Below, one piece after another: positions 1 through 12,612 of a DNA stretch of 64,000 bases (position 1 is the first letter of the stretch; each line of letters starts with the position of its first letter). The DNA comes from Euglena gracilis (taxonomy: Eukaryota). The position numbers and the translations under genes are program-made. The notes below the pieces were generated by a model, which did no database searches, was not told the DNA's origin, and saw nothing but the letters and a program-made list of their open reading frames with translations. The stretch lies in NCBI GenBank assembly GCA_039621445.1, contig CP154954.1, forward strand, positions 11,774,716 through 11,838,715, given 5' to 3'.

Positions 1-115
1 TGCATCGCCCAGCATCGCCCAGCATCGGAACCCCACCTCTGGTCTCCAAAATTCCAGCATCGCCCAGCATCGCCCAGCATCGCCCAGCATCGCCCAGCAT
101 CATCAGAGGTGCTTG
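1..115. mobile_element. Right end of a non-autonomous hAT-like element with subterminal 10-bp GCATCGCCCA tandem repeats
   Basis: Ends in CAGAGGTGCTTG (104-115) after the same 10-mer array and spacer as the right end of the complete copy at 29225-30158. The left end lies outside the window. Confidence 0.75.
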
Positions 116-2223
116 GCCACCAGGGGGTGGATCGCCACCCTTTGCCTCTGGTGGCCTTGTCTAGGGCACTAATTGACCAGGTTTTGGTCAACAGCTCTTT
201 GCAGCAAATGGGATGGTGATGCATTTCCCCCGATAAGGCCTGGAAAGGATGGGGGTCCTTAGACAAGTGAATAAGCGCGAATGAAAAAAAAAATGTGGTG
301 CTTCACACCAAAACTGATTTCCCAACCTTTTGGTGCTTGTTCATCTTGGAGGCATTAGGTCACGGTTTGGAAAAAAGCTCAACTTCCTCTGGGTGGACGG
401 GCCGACATCAGAGGTGAAACCGAGAGAAAATATCATCGGGGTTCAGTGAACTCCTGTGCGTTTGGTGAAAAATATTGGACGTAAACAAGCCCTGTGCAGG
501 CAAGGACAGTCATCCCTAATTTTTGGCCTCCGGTGGGATCCGGTGGGATCCGGTGGGATCCGGTAGCTGTCCTTGCCTGGCCCATAAGGAAATGCGCATC
601 CAAAAAAGCATGCAAAATTCATTGGCACTGGATCGAAACCACAAGAAGCTCAACAAACCTTAATCCATACCCGTAAAGGAATTCTGAATGGTAGGTATTT
701 TCTGCAGAAAATTTTATTTGGAAAAATGTTGGACAAAATGTTATCTGGAAGGGAAAAATGATGGTTGCAAAACCCTTTTTTGAGGAAATGCAAAAGCGCT
801 GATTCCAAAAATTGTATTTTTCCAACTCAAAAATTTAAAAAAAAAACTGAAAAACATTTTTTCAATTCAATTTTAAGGAAGGTTCCAGGTGCTTCGTTTT
901 TAGGTTCTTGCTGGAGAAGTTTGCTGAAGCCATGAGCACAGGGATCCCCACCATTTCAGAAGAGACAATCATTTGCCATATGCGGCATCCAAGCTGTCTG
1001 CCATTTCACATTTTCCGGAGGTCAGGTCAAAAAGTCATTTAAAGCTCCACACGTGGGCAAAAACATTCAATGGTCATAAAAAATTCAAGCCGCAAAATTA
1101 TTTTCATTTTGGGGCAATTTGGGGCATTTCGGGCGAAACTTGAGACATTTTGGGCCATTTTAGGCCACTTTAGTCCATTTTAGGCCTTGTCAGGCCATTT
1201 TTGCTATAGCTGCTGGGTTGCAATTTAGTGGTCAGATATCAATCCTTTTTAGCTTCACACAAATGGGATAAAATGTGTTTGCTTGTTTGTTTGTCAGAGG
1301 GGCAGGCTCCTCAACCATCGTCCACCAAATCCACCGGTTGCCATCCACATACACGGAAATCATCACCTGATGGCTTCAAATTGTCCACCGAAAAGAAATT
1401 TTGTGCAACAGAATATTTCCCATTTTAGGCCATTTCAGGTCATTCCAGGGACCCCCCCCCATAGGGGGTCAAAAGGTCATTGTAGGCCATATTTGGCCAT
1501 TTCAGGGCATTTTGGGCCATTTTAACGAAATGTGGTACACACGGGTTGATTCCAACTGGGGAAACCCATAGAAAAGCCAGCAAGAGCCAAAGGCAAAGGC
1601 GGCTGTGGTCAACAGCCCATGGAGGCAACCTCTGAGCAGGATTCCCTGCCGGTTGCGCCGCTTCCACACCTCAATCGTAACAGCTTGCCGCACGGCTTCC
1701 GGGCAGCGACTCCCAGAGGAATGGGGAGAGACTTCTTCGGAAACGGAGTTTTCGGGGTGATTCTTTTTACTCCATACCGAGCTTCGGTCTGGATTCCACT
1801 TCCACTTCCAAGTTCAAAACCTACGACAGCGTAAAATCCGCACATGACCCACGTGACCCAGCAGGTTGGACTTCAAACAAAAATCCTCACCAATTCAGCA
1901 TTTCAGAACAACTGAAGGAGCCTGGCCCGAAATAGGGGAAAGCGTGGGAAGCTGTACAATTAGGTGTCGGCGGGGGCGATTGGTTGATGGGCGCAGGCTG
2001 AATCCGTCAAACTTGCTACTTTCAAATACTGAAGGCCAACGTCCTCCTCGTCCCAGAAATTCAGGAAGTCGTACACAAAATAGGGATTCACAACAAATGT
2101 TTGTGTTGGTCACCCAGATAGTTTGACTTCGCCCCTAAAAATGTAACGCCCCCTGAGGATCTTGAAATCCCACCAAAATGAAAAGTTGAGGGAGCTAAAT
2201 ATTTGGGGGGGGTGGCTGCAGGA

Positions 2224-2618
2224 ACCCGCCCCCCCCCCTTTGTTGTACAACCGGGTTCTTGCAACCTGCGACCGGGGGGTGGTCATAAATGAGGGGGGCG
2301 GTCGTAGGTAAAGTGGTTTTAACAGGGGTTTTCTTAAGGACCCCGGAGGGGTCCAGCCTCCGGCTGGCAAAAAGGCTGCTGGCTGGAAACGAGCTGCTTG
2401 CTGGACATCCCCCGGGGGGAATGGGGGGGACGGGGCATGAAAAGCAACGACACTTGGAAACAACAGCATCATCCACGGAACATATTCAAAAATACAAAAA
2501 AATTCGCAACCTGCAACCTGCGACCGGGGGGGGATGATCATTAACACCCCCATGACCTGCAACCTGTGACCGGGGGGTGGTCGTAAATGAGGGGTGGTCG
2601 TACCATGGGGGGGGGGGG
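2224..2618. mobile_element. MITE-like repeat related to the element at 24795-25023
   Basis: Shares the subterminal motif GCAACCTG(C/T)GACCGGGGGGTGGTC(A/G)TAAATGAGG and has poly-C/poly-G ends, with TA after the right end. The left boundary is approximate. Confidence 0.55.
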
Positions 2619-5037
2619 TAAGTTTCTCATTCAGATGGACCATCGCAATGTCCAACTCAACTCAAGTAGAATACACTGCAACCGGTGTTCAACAAATGAT
2701 GCAGCAGTGGGGACGCTTCAGCAGGATGCCATAGGTACCAAGTATCTTGGCACACGCAATTCGCACATTCTGAATGCGTCAAAAAAAAACAAACACGAAA
2801 AATGATTTCTTTTACAGGTGGTAATAATATATACAAAAATCCTCAAACAGTGGTACATCAGCGGGTAAATCCCACCAATGAAAACACTCATAGGATAATT
2901 GGTGAAACCAATCTGCATTCGGATTGACCGGTATGAGGAGAGCTCCGCGACGAGGCGAAGTTGGATTGGGGCCATGGGTTGGAAAGGGGCCATGCCGCGA
3001 AAGCAGCATTGTGGCGAGTCTTCCGATGTCTTGTCCCATCAAGCAGTGACGGTTCACGCCTGACCCACCATCGTTGGTTGACCATTTTCCAATGGGGAAT
3101 GCGAAATGGTCTGGAATCCATGAAACGCAGGTTTTCTTTAATTTGCAGTGATATTCATGTACGTCCTCCCCCCCCCCAAGCCGAATGGACACCAAAATGA
3201 AATCTAGAGAATTAGGCAAACTCTTTGAGCGTGAGTATATGGGCATTTTCATTGCTGTAAAAGCTAACAAACTGGAAGGTCCACACCCCTTGTTCATTGG
3301 GCAAGGGGGTTCATTACAAATGGGGGGGAGGTGTAAGCATCTAAAAACGCAAACAGGGAGTCAATGGACAGACAACCACAAACAAAGCACCCTCTGTTAC
3401 CACAGGCAAAGACATGTTAGGGTCAAAGCGGTCGCAGTGCAACGAATGAGGTGGGAAGGAAGAAAGCGTTCTCTAACTATACTCCAGCAAGCAGGGCGGA
3501 ACGGAAATGAATTTTGAAGACCTTGGTCAGATTGTAGGTGCAAAGGTTCAGGACCAATGCAGCCGAATCGAGTGCCAATGCGAAAAACCAGCGTGATGGG
3601 ACAATTTGAAATAAAAAAAAATCAACACCTGTAATCAAAAACCAAACACATAAATTCACACAAACAAAAACGCGCGCAGGCACGCATACGTATTGCATTA
3701 TGCCTTGGGATACCTGGGGGTCCAAAAACTAGCCACTAGAAAAGCCACTAGCTGGACCCCTCTCTCCTGGGAGGTCCAGGGTCCGGGGCCCCCCAGGTAC
3801 CCCAACTGGAAAACTCACCCCAACTAGCTGCTCGCCCAGGTGGAAATGGGTTTTTGTGTGTTGTTTTGGCTGGTTTTTTTTCCAGGAAAAATACCAAAAA
3901 TTGCAAATTGGGTATGTTTGGCAGGTTTTGGGGGTCAAATAAAAAGTTTCCGGTGCTTTGTGCCAGTCACTTGTGGAAAAAAAAACACCACCTGGCCTGC
4001 AAGCGGAACCCCCTGGGGGGTCCAAGCCAAGTTTGGACTAGCTGCAGTCGACACCCCCCAGAGTTCCTATCCTAGAATTTCTTTGAAACACCATCATTTT
4101 TGTGTCTAGAATTGAATGGGGTTCGGTGGTCCCAGGAACCCTTTCTAGTTGGCTAGCAAAATGGACCCCCAGGCAGGTATAGATGGGAAGCCTTTCAGTT
4201 TTGAGTTAGGCGGGGGGTCCGAACCCCCCCTGGGGGCTACACGTGACGTGGTAGCCCCCCCCCCGGATGTTGGGAGCAAGCACCTCTGGTCACCAATGCC
4301 CTTGGGCCCAGCATCGCCCAGCATCGCCCAGCATCGCCTTTGAAGCCCTTGGAGGTGTACCTCTTGACCCACATTCACTCAGATACCTGCCTCCAGAGCA
4401 TCCACTATAGCACTAGCATACACTTCATCCAATCGGCTAGACACTGGAAAAAATGGACTAGCTAGAACCCCCCTCCCCCCCGGGGGGGGGGGGGGGGGTC
4501 CGGGGGTCCCCCGAACTGGAAAAATGAGGTTTTTAATAGGTTTTTGGCTGATTTTGTTCCAGAAATTGCCAAAAATGGCCAAAAACGGGCATTTTTGGCC
4601 ATTTTGGGGGGTCCCAAAAATTTTTTGGCGCTTCGGTCACTGGAAAAAAAAATTCCACTAGCTAGCCCTGCTAGCAGACCCCCCCCCCGGGGGGTCTGCT
4701 AGAAATCCCACCAGCCAAATTTGGACTAGCTGCAGTCCAGCCCCCCCGGGAGGGGGGGGGGGGTACTGCAATCCCTTAAGCAAATGCCTGACCCCCACCC
4801 ACCCCCTACTTGGCAGGTTTCAAAAGATGCGAAAAGTTTTCCTCTGGTGCTACACCCGACGTGGGTCTTTTTTGGGGGGTCTTATATTTAAATTTTTGCT
4901 CGATCGCAGGGGTGGGGAATTGACATTGGAGGCCTTTGGATAAATTGCAGGAAAAATTGCCGGGAAATTGCAGGGATTGCGGAAATTCGGTTTTGGGATT
5001 TAATATACTTCTGCTGGAGAGGACATTAGAAAATTTT

Positions 5038-5121
5038 GCCGTCAGCGGGGCTACCACCGCTCGACGGTGCCCTATCCTCTGTGGGATGAGGTGGTAACCA
5101 CTTTGTGGTGAACGGGTGCAC
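5038..5121 (+). ncRNA. Candidate degenerate HDV-like ribozyme at the retrotransposon 5' end
   Basis: Hand fold: P1 GCCGTCA (5038-44) with TGA-GGT (5087-92; G1.U wobble, one unpaired G); P2 GTGCCC (5067-72) with GGGTGCAC (5114-21); P3 TCC/GGA; then GG-TAAC; P4 CCAC-TTT-GTGG; J4/2 TGAA where CGAA is expected. Confidence 0.5.
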
Positions 5122-6764
5122 AGCCGGTAGCGTTGTGTCTTTACCCGTCCTGCCTCTTCCTTTTTATCCCCCCCTTCTTGCTCCGGAACGGCCCTTGGTG
5201 CTTGGGAAGTTTCCCAAGATTTTTTGGTGGAGAGTGGAGTGTTTGGCTCTTTCCCATATTGAATCTTCTGGTTGGACAAGTTAAGGAATGATTGCTGCCA
5301 ATCCTTCTGTGAATGTGGGATGTGCCTATTCATGGCAGAATATATGAACTCCCGTAAGCCTAGTTGTGATTGTTACGTATTGATTGCTAATCACAAAAAC
5401 AAAACATAAAATCCATCTCTTTGGACAAATGATATTAATATGGTCGGTTATTGGAAACCGCCCATAGTCGCCCCTGGGCCCCCCTAAAACCTTGGCCCAA
5501 AACACTGTTCTTGTTTGAAACCGTGTTTTGGGCGAAGATTTAAGACTTTCAAAGTCTCGAAATCGGCCCAAACACGGTTTCAATGCAAAAAGCTGAATGT
5601 TGGAGCTCTTATGGTTTTAAGACATACCGATTACTGACGGGATTTAAAACAAAATGGCATGTTATGGACCCCTGCAGGAATGGTGCGCGGCATGTACGCA
5701 ACTGGCCCCAGTGGGGTGACCTCTCAGGACCAACTGGCCATGCTCAAGTCCCTCCAAGGTCATTTGGCACAATTACCTCATTCCACCAATTTCGTCAATC
5801 TGGTGTACTCCATTTTATTTGCGGCTCCGTTCAGACTTCCTCGGATTGTTCGGTTACAATTTTATTTGTTGCAAGTTTTTTAAGGCATCCAATATATCCC
5901 CAAGAAAGGTATTTTGCGGATTTAGGGGGGGGGGGTGGCGGGATACATTAGTTGTGTTTTTTTTCTAGGGGGACCAATAGGAATGTGTAAAGTAGTCGAG
6001 GTGGTGCGGGTTGAGTTTTTAAGAAAATATTTGTCGTTTTTTCACGTTAACTGGCTCTTTGAACCCTTTCCTTTGCCACCTTGCAAAGGTCTGTTGGTAC
6101 ACAGTGGGTGTAGATTAAGGTCAAGGAGAATGGGATGATCATTTATTTGGCCTTTCTACTTCTTTTTGGTTTCTTTTGTTTGTTTGTTTGTGTGTTTTTT
6201 TGGTTGTTTGTTTTCTTTCTCGGAACCCGAGTCAACCTGGTTTCCCACATGGGACCTCGGTGGGTTGCACTGTGTCGTTGATCTTCCCACGCTTCGGGCT
6301 GCTTTACTGGTCCTGGTCAGAGGGATTTCCTCCAAAACCCAATTAAAAGCCTTCCAAAGGCTTGTGGAGGAGCATCTTAGAAAGCAACTTCCCTCTACGT
6401 CTGCAGAAGATCAATTTTCTGTTTCTGTTTGTTTGTAGTTTTCCCCCATCCCCCCCCCGTTCTTGTTGTTTTTATCTCTCTTGTTTTCTTTGGAGGATAA
6501 CAGGAATGTTTGGTCATTCGCAATTTTTTTTGTTGTTTTTTTGGTTCATTTTGATTCTTGTTTCCCCCCTCTCTTAATTTATTATAATAAAGCCTGCTGA
6601 AGACCTGGATTGGTTTCTGCAAGGTGAGCCCACAACCCCTGTCCCATCTGCTCCATCCTCCTCTTCCTCCGGCAGCTTACATTCCCTAGGACTTCCTTCG
6701 TCTTTTTGGCCCCGCCATAATCAGCACCAATAATCAGGTCAAAGTTGATTTCCTCAAAGGAATA

Positions 6765-7345
6765 GTGCAAAGATTGGATTGTGTGGACAACCATGGTTTC
6801 TATTTTGAAAAGACCTGCGATGCCAAGGGATGTTGGAATTGTGGGTCTGTTTTTTCGGCTGATGGTTCGTGTCCGGGTTGTTTGTGTAGTTTGTTTTTCC
6901 ACATTCCGTGCAACACGCAAACAGAATCCTTTATGGGGAACATGGATGGGCGAGCAAATGGGCTAAAGTGCTCCCTAGCAGGCCTCGCATTCTGTCGATG
7001 GGTGGGGTCTACGTGTCCCCTCCTATCATCAATGATGATGCCTTTTTGGTGTTCTTTTTGATTCCCAAGAATATGCCTCCTCCTCCCAATTTTCCCATCC
7101 CTCCCCTGACCAATGAGGAAGTGCGGTGCACATACTCTTCTTTGTGCTCACAATGTGGAAGGCCCAAGGCAGAAAACATCAAAGTTTTGACAAACACAAT
7201 GCCTTTTTTTGTCAAGCGTGCGTTGTGCATCCGTTTGGATAAGGGACACTTCTGCCAACAAAGTCTTTGCTCAACAGTCTCGTTGGGATCTTTATGGTCT
7301 TCCCCTGGAATTTGTGTTACCAGTCACTCCTCGTTTTTTGTTTGA
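6765..7345 (+). pseudogene. Cys-rich N-terminal/ORF1-like remnant of the retrotransposon
   Basis: Frameshifted fragments with paired cysteines (CWNC, CPGC, CSQC) just upstream of the endonuclease. The family was not recognised. Confidence 0.35.
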
Positions 7346-7442
7346 TTGCACCCGGAACAGGCCCCCTGATCTCAGGTTTTGGGTGAAGGAATTGGATGTA
7401 AAACTGCCCCCGCTTGTCTCCAATTCTCGGACTCCTAGTTGT

Positions 7443-8100
7443 TGGAGGATCATGGATTTGAATTGTGGAGGTGGTTCCTCGCTTCCTGAGGTTTGTGATT
7501 TGATGTCTCTTTTGGATCCAGATTTAATATTCCTTCAGGAATTGTGGGAGACCGACCCTCGGGACGAGATTGCTTTTCGCATGTTATATTCCTCAGTGCC
7601 TTCCGTGATTGTGGTCAAGGCTTGTGTATAATGGTGCATCGAAGAGTGTTGGGTCCAAATTCTGCATCACAATCCCCCCCTCTGATTCTCCATGATTGTA
7701 GACCTTGTGGCTAGCTCTGGGGTTTCATGTGGGTTCTTCATCTTTCCTTTTGATAAATGTGCATCTTGACCCTTCTTTCAACATGACACAAAAGGTGGAG
7801 GAAATGCATTTGATGGGTGCCTTGATTCATAAGTCCAAAGCAGGCTGTCTGGTGGCGGGTGATTTCAACGTACACCGGACTGCACATTCATTGATGGAAC
7901 ACTCAACACGTGCTTTTGGTGTCCCGGGTTTGAGGATACCGTATCCTATGGGGCTCAACACAAATCACACACGAGCAGGTAATCGGCTTTCAGACACAGA
8001 GATTGATTATATATATGCGAGTGATTTTTTCCCCCTCAAATGGCATGGCCTGATTCCGGGTCCGTCTTCCATTGATCGTGTGGTTAACGACCTCATTATA
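7443..8100 (+). pseudogene. Apurinic-like endonuclease (APE/EEP) domain, frameshifted
   Basis: Motifs IMDLNCGG, DLIFLQE, LINVH, VAGDFNVH, and NHT...EIDYI, split across ORFs 7209-7631 and 7705-8418. Confidence 0.9.
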
Positions 8101-8740
8101 CCACATGTTTTTTCTAATTCTCCTTCTTGGAAGAGGTTTCAGTTTGTTAATGTCCCCGTTTCAAAAATTCAACAGGTGGCAATACTCCTGTCATTTTTCT
8201 GGTTTTGGTTGCGTGGTCAAGGTGCACATCCCAATTTGTGGCTGCGTGTTTACTGGTTTTTGGCTGATAGAGTTTTTGCTCCTCATGATCAACACTCCTT
8301 GGCTAAGTCTCTCATACAATTGGGGTTGGCATATGCCGACCGCCGCTCGGGTGATCTTGTCATGCAATGGAGGAGCAAAATGTGTGGAGCATCATTTTTT
8401 TTGGCTGTTCAGCCATGAAGTCGCTTTGCAAAGCAGCCCAACCTCCTTAACAACAAAAGTGATCAACACATGTTCCAAAAAGCCGGGGCCGTATCCCAAA
8501 TTGGCTGCTGGCCGGGGGGGGGGGGACGGACTCCTTGGCAAGCCTTCAGAAGAGGAAATCATCAGTCAATTTAAAATGTATCATGCCAATCGGGGTTTAT
8601 CCATGAATGTTGGCCATTTGTACGCAGACCTGGACGTGGTATTGAATCTTCCATAGGATGATCCCTCTTTCTTTCATCTATTTGAGGCCCGTCGGGAAGG
8701 GTTTTGGAACAATGATCTCATCAGTCGATGCCTGCATCTC

Positions 8741-9658
8741 TTGGCTCGGCCAATACGATGCTTTGATTCCATCCGAGGCATCACAGAGTCTCTGCGTTGC
8801 GGAGGTTTCAATGCCACTTCACTGTATTCGCTCCCCATTGCAGTTCTACAGCACCTTACCTTGGCAGGCATGGTGGCTTTGAGCCATTATGTGTTTCTTC
8901 TACGGGGTCTCCCAAAGGCCCTGAGTAATGAAGTCATTCAATTGGCCATTCCCAAGGGGGGTCCACAACGTTTGTTCATTTCTTATCGGCCCATCAAACT
9001 CGGATCCGCCATAAAACGTGCGGAGGCTGGGTCAGTTCATTTAGAGGCAAGTTTTCGCGCTGAAGTGGATGGTTCTTTCACATCCAACCTCTTATCTTAT
9101 CGGAAGGAAGTGACTCCTTTTATGCTTGCCTTCGCATTGAGGTCCACGATTTTGCTGTGCTTGAAGGAAACATCCAAGGCCCACATTTTGGATGGTGATG
9201 AATCGGGAGCATTTGATACTCCTGGTTGGGACGATTTGGCATTGTTGGATCATATGTGGAAAGGGCAATGTGCTTTTGGTGGTTGGGCTCATCGATTTTG
9301 CGCCACCCAGAGCATTTGTCTTTTTGCACATGAGGGTTTGACACAACCGCTGAAGATAGGGGATGGTCTTTCACAAGGTTGCAAATTTGCTCCGACCGCT
9401 TACAACCTGATTGGCGTTGGGAGGAACATAACTTTCATTAAGTCATGTCAAAGTATGTTGTGTCACCACGGCTTACCCCTTTGTGAATTTATTTATAGTG
9501 ACGATCGCCGATGGGTCAGCCCTTGTGTGAATGCTTTGGCAATTGCAGCACGAGTTGCAAATGCTGTCTCACAGGAAGCGTGTGCAATCAATAACTTGCA
9601 AAAATTGAAGTATGTTGCTTTGAAACGTTGTGCTGATGGTTCCATTTGTACTTTTTGA
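8741..9658 (+). pseudogene. Non-LTR reverse transcriptase domain
   Basis: Motifs IPKG, YRPIKL, DGDESGAFD, GLSQGCKFAP, YSDD and INNLQK, in canonical order. Flanking frames are broken by stops and frameshifts. Confidence 0.93.
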
Positions 9659-10256
9659 ACTGAAGTTGCCATCAATGATCAGTGGGTGCAGTTTGTGTGC
9701 GAAGTTCCTTTGATGGTGGGGTTATCAATGCAACCTGGTGCCATAAATCTTTCCCTGCTCCCTGGAATCAGAATTCACATACAAAAATTGCGGCAATTCA
9801 TAGAAAAGTTGAATCCAAATTTCCAGTTGACTTTGCGATGTACAATAGCGTATGCGATATCAATATTGGATTATTCCTCCCGCGGCTGTTGTGTTCCATC
9901 AGCAATTTTGACAAAAGTACAACCTTTTCTTAACCAAGTGATACGTTCATGCTTTTCCTTCCCCCCAGACACCCCAATTTCACTGATGACTCTCCCCCTG
10001 GCGCATTTTGGTACGGGTTTTCCAAATGTGACTCATCGAGCCCGACTCCAATTTATTTTGGGTTATTACGAAGAACAATTTTTACAAAAACAATCGATGG
10101 TAGGAACAATTTGTGTAGATTTGCGATGCGTCAATCTAGGGATGATTCTGGCGTGCAGAGTGACTATGCTTTGATTCGTTCTTTATTTACCCAATTCCGG
10201 CCTCATTTTTTCCCCCATGCCTACCCAGCTTTTGCCTTTCACTTCAGCACGCTTCT

Positions 10257-10680
10257 GTGCTATATATCACAACGAATGCTTCGCCAGTCTCTCCGCAGGA
10301 TGATGGGTTTGATCTTCAGCGAGCGGGGTTGGGTGTTGTCATCACGGACGGCATTGTTTATCAAGAGATCTCGTGGGGGTTATGTTCTGTGGCAGCTTGT
10401 TCCACTGATCTGGAATGGATTGGGAAGCTTTTGGCAGTTTGGTTGGTGCGCTTCTTCCGGGGCAAGATATTACTGTTGTGTGACAACTCATCCGTACAAC
10501 TTTGCAATTTCACACAATGGGTGAAAGTCTCTCCTTGGGTGGACCGTTGGGCAAAGATGCTTTTTGGTTTGCCGGTTTGGGATCGTCACATAGGGTTGGC
10601 TTCAGGCGGAACACAATTCATTTTCTCAAGGATTGGCATGTTCGTGGCAGAAACGGGCATTACTTGGCTGGTTGGGGCTC
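10257..10680 (+). pseudogene. RNase H domain, degenerate
   Basis: YITTNAS (N in place of the catalytic D), AGLGVV, STDLEW and LLCDNSSV. After a frameshift the reading is WLQAEH. Confidence 0.75.
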
Positions 10681-11968
10681 AACTCATGTGGAATCGACTG
10701 GTTTCCCTTTGGCTGATATGCTCTCTTCTTTGGAGGACCCCCGCTTTCTTTTGCTTTGGATGGAAGGCTTGATTTTTTTCTTGAAGAGATTTGTGACCAA
10801 GCTCTACAAACTGTGCATTTTCTGTGATTTTGTCGCTTACGCTACCCTGAATGCTGGTGCTTTCTGTCGTCTGACATGGAAAAAGTTGGTTTTATCAAGC
10901 GACGTTCCATCAGTCTTGCACAAAATGGCAGCCTACCTGCGTGTTGTGCCCTTTTTGTCTCGGAGTGCTCATTACAATGTGGAATGTCGGTTTTGTCATG
11001 CCGAGGTTGGTTTTTTGCCCAGGCACATTGTTGGATGTGTGGGATTGTATGAAGTATTGATCAAGGCTTTCTCGGAGGTTCTGCAAACAGTATCAACAAG
11101 ATCATTGGGTTCGATACCGGAAAAATCGGATTTGGCTGCGGTTCTGCAATCTCAAAATGAGATGTGGGTCATTGCACTTCTTCCTGAAGAAAACGTCGTC
11201 TGTGTGCGTCATTTTTTTGAGCAAAAAGGATGGTCGGGCCTCACCGGTGTACCACATCGATTGAGTATGCTTTTCCCCACAAGTGTTCGTTTGGAATTGT
11301 GTGCCATTGTACTCCGGACATTATCAGTTGCCCCGCGAGGATTCTTCACAACATCAGACATCAACATTCCACTGCACACCAATTTTTGGGGGTTGGTGGG
11401 TTGGTCAAGCAACGGCGCACGTGGATGCCAACCGTCGTTCCTAATCCAATGGAGGCTTGCATGGATGTTGCACAATTTGGTCGGTGGTCGTTTGTGTTCT
11501 TCTCGTTCTCTGTCGGTATACCTTCCCCCCCCCCCCCGATGTTTGCATCCTCCTGACCTATTTGATGTAAGGGTCTTTGCTTGTGATGTTAACCATTGTT
11601 ATGTCATCTCAAACCATCCTGGGAGAGGCCCTGCATGCATGCTGTGTGATTGCAACATAGCAGCTCCCTCGTATTGGCACCTCCATCGCTCTTATTCCGA
11701 AGGTGCTACACTTCACGTGTTCTTGTGTATGTCTGTAGCTCATGTATCCTCTTCCCTCCATACACATCTACCATCGCTATGTCAAGCACCAAGGGCATTC
11801 CACTTGCTCATAAACCTCTGCCATGGTGTGCTATTCACACTGCAATGTACACTCTGCAATGTGATTTTATCAATATTATCGTTTTGGTTGGTGCTGCCCC
11901 CTTTTCACCCTGGTCCGACGGGAGTGGTTGTGCTGTTGGGGTTGCCCCTTTCCGCTCGCGTCTGGTAG
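10681..11968 (+). pseudogene. C-terminal part of the retrotransposon ORF with a Cys/His motif
   Basis: Part of the 488-aa frame 10502-11968. Contains CRFC-X9-H-X3-C near 10985-11040, reminiscent of the C-terminal zinc knuckle of LINE ORF2. Its stop codon lies in the first 56-bp repeat. Confidence 0.55.
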
Positions 11969-12612
11969 GGCTACGCGTGTGCTCGTGTTGTTCGTGCTGC
12001 CCCCTTCCCGCTCTCGCATGGTAGGGCTGAGCGTGTGCTTGTGTTGTTCGTGCTGCCCCCTTCCCGCTCTCGTCCGGTAGGGCTGAGCGTGTGCTTGTGT
12101 TGTTCGTGCTGCCCCCTTCCCGCTCTCGTCCGGTAGGGCTGAGCGTGTGCTTGTGTTGTTCGTGCTACCCCCTTCCCGCTCTCGTCCGGTAGGGCTGAGC
12201 GTGTGCTCGTGTTGTTAGTGCTGCCCGCTTCCCGCTCTTGTCCGGTAGGGCTGAGCGTGTGCTTGTGTTGTTCGTGCTACCCCCTTCCCGCTCTCGTCCG
12301 GTAGGGCTGAGCGTGTGCTCGTGTTGGTCGTGCTTCCCCCTTCCCGCTCTCGTCCGGTAGGGCTGAGCGTGTGCTCGTGTTGTTCGTGCTTCCCCCTTCC
12401 CGCTCTCGTCCGGTAGGGCTGAGCGTGTGCTCGTGTTGTTCGTGCTGCCCGCTTCCCGCTCTCGTCCGGTAGGGCTGAGCGTGTGCTTGTGTTGTTCGTG
12501 CTGCCCGCTTCCCGCTCTCGTCCGGTAGGGCTAAGCGTGTGCTCGTGTTGGTCGTGTTGCCCCCTTCCCGCTCTCGTCCGGTAGGGCTGAGCGTGTGCTT
12601 GTGTTGTTAGTG
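11942..12612 (+). repeat. 56-bp minisatellite (12 units) in the retrotransposon 3' UTR
   Basis: Unit GTAGGGCTGAGCGTGTGCTYGTGTTGTTCGTGCTGCCCCCTTCCCGCTCTCGTCCG. GTAGGGCT recurs every 56 bp from 11965 to 12581, with no spacers. Confidence 0.97.

Noticed and set aside
5085-5112. Hammerhead ribozyme (GATGAG followed by a hairpin)
   Set aside because: It lacks CTGA before the motif and GAAA after stem II. The HDV-like fold fits better.
5345-5645. Secondary insertion inside the LINE 5' region
   Set aside because: It is A-richer than its surroundings with a weak TCCCGT/ACGGGA inverted match, but there is no clear TSD and no second copy to compare.
11942-12612. CRISPR array next to a reverse transcriptase
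   Set aside because: Units are contiguous 56-mers with no unique spacers, there are no cas genes, and the context is a eukaryotic LINE.
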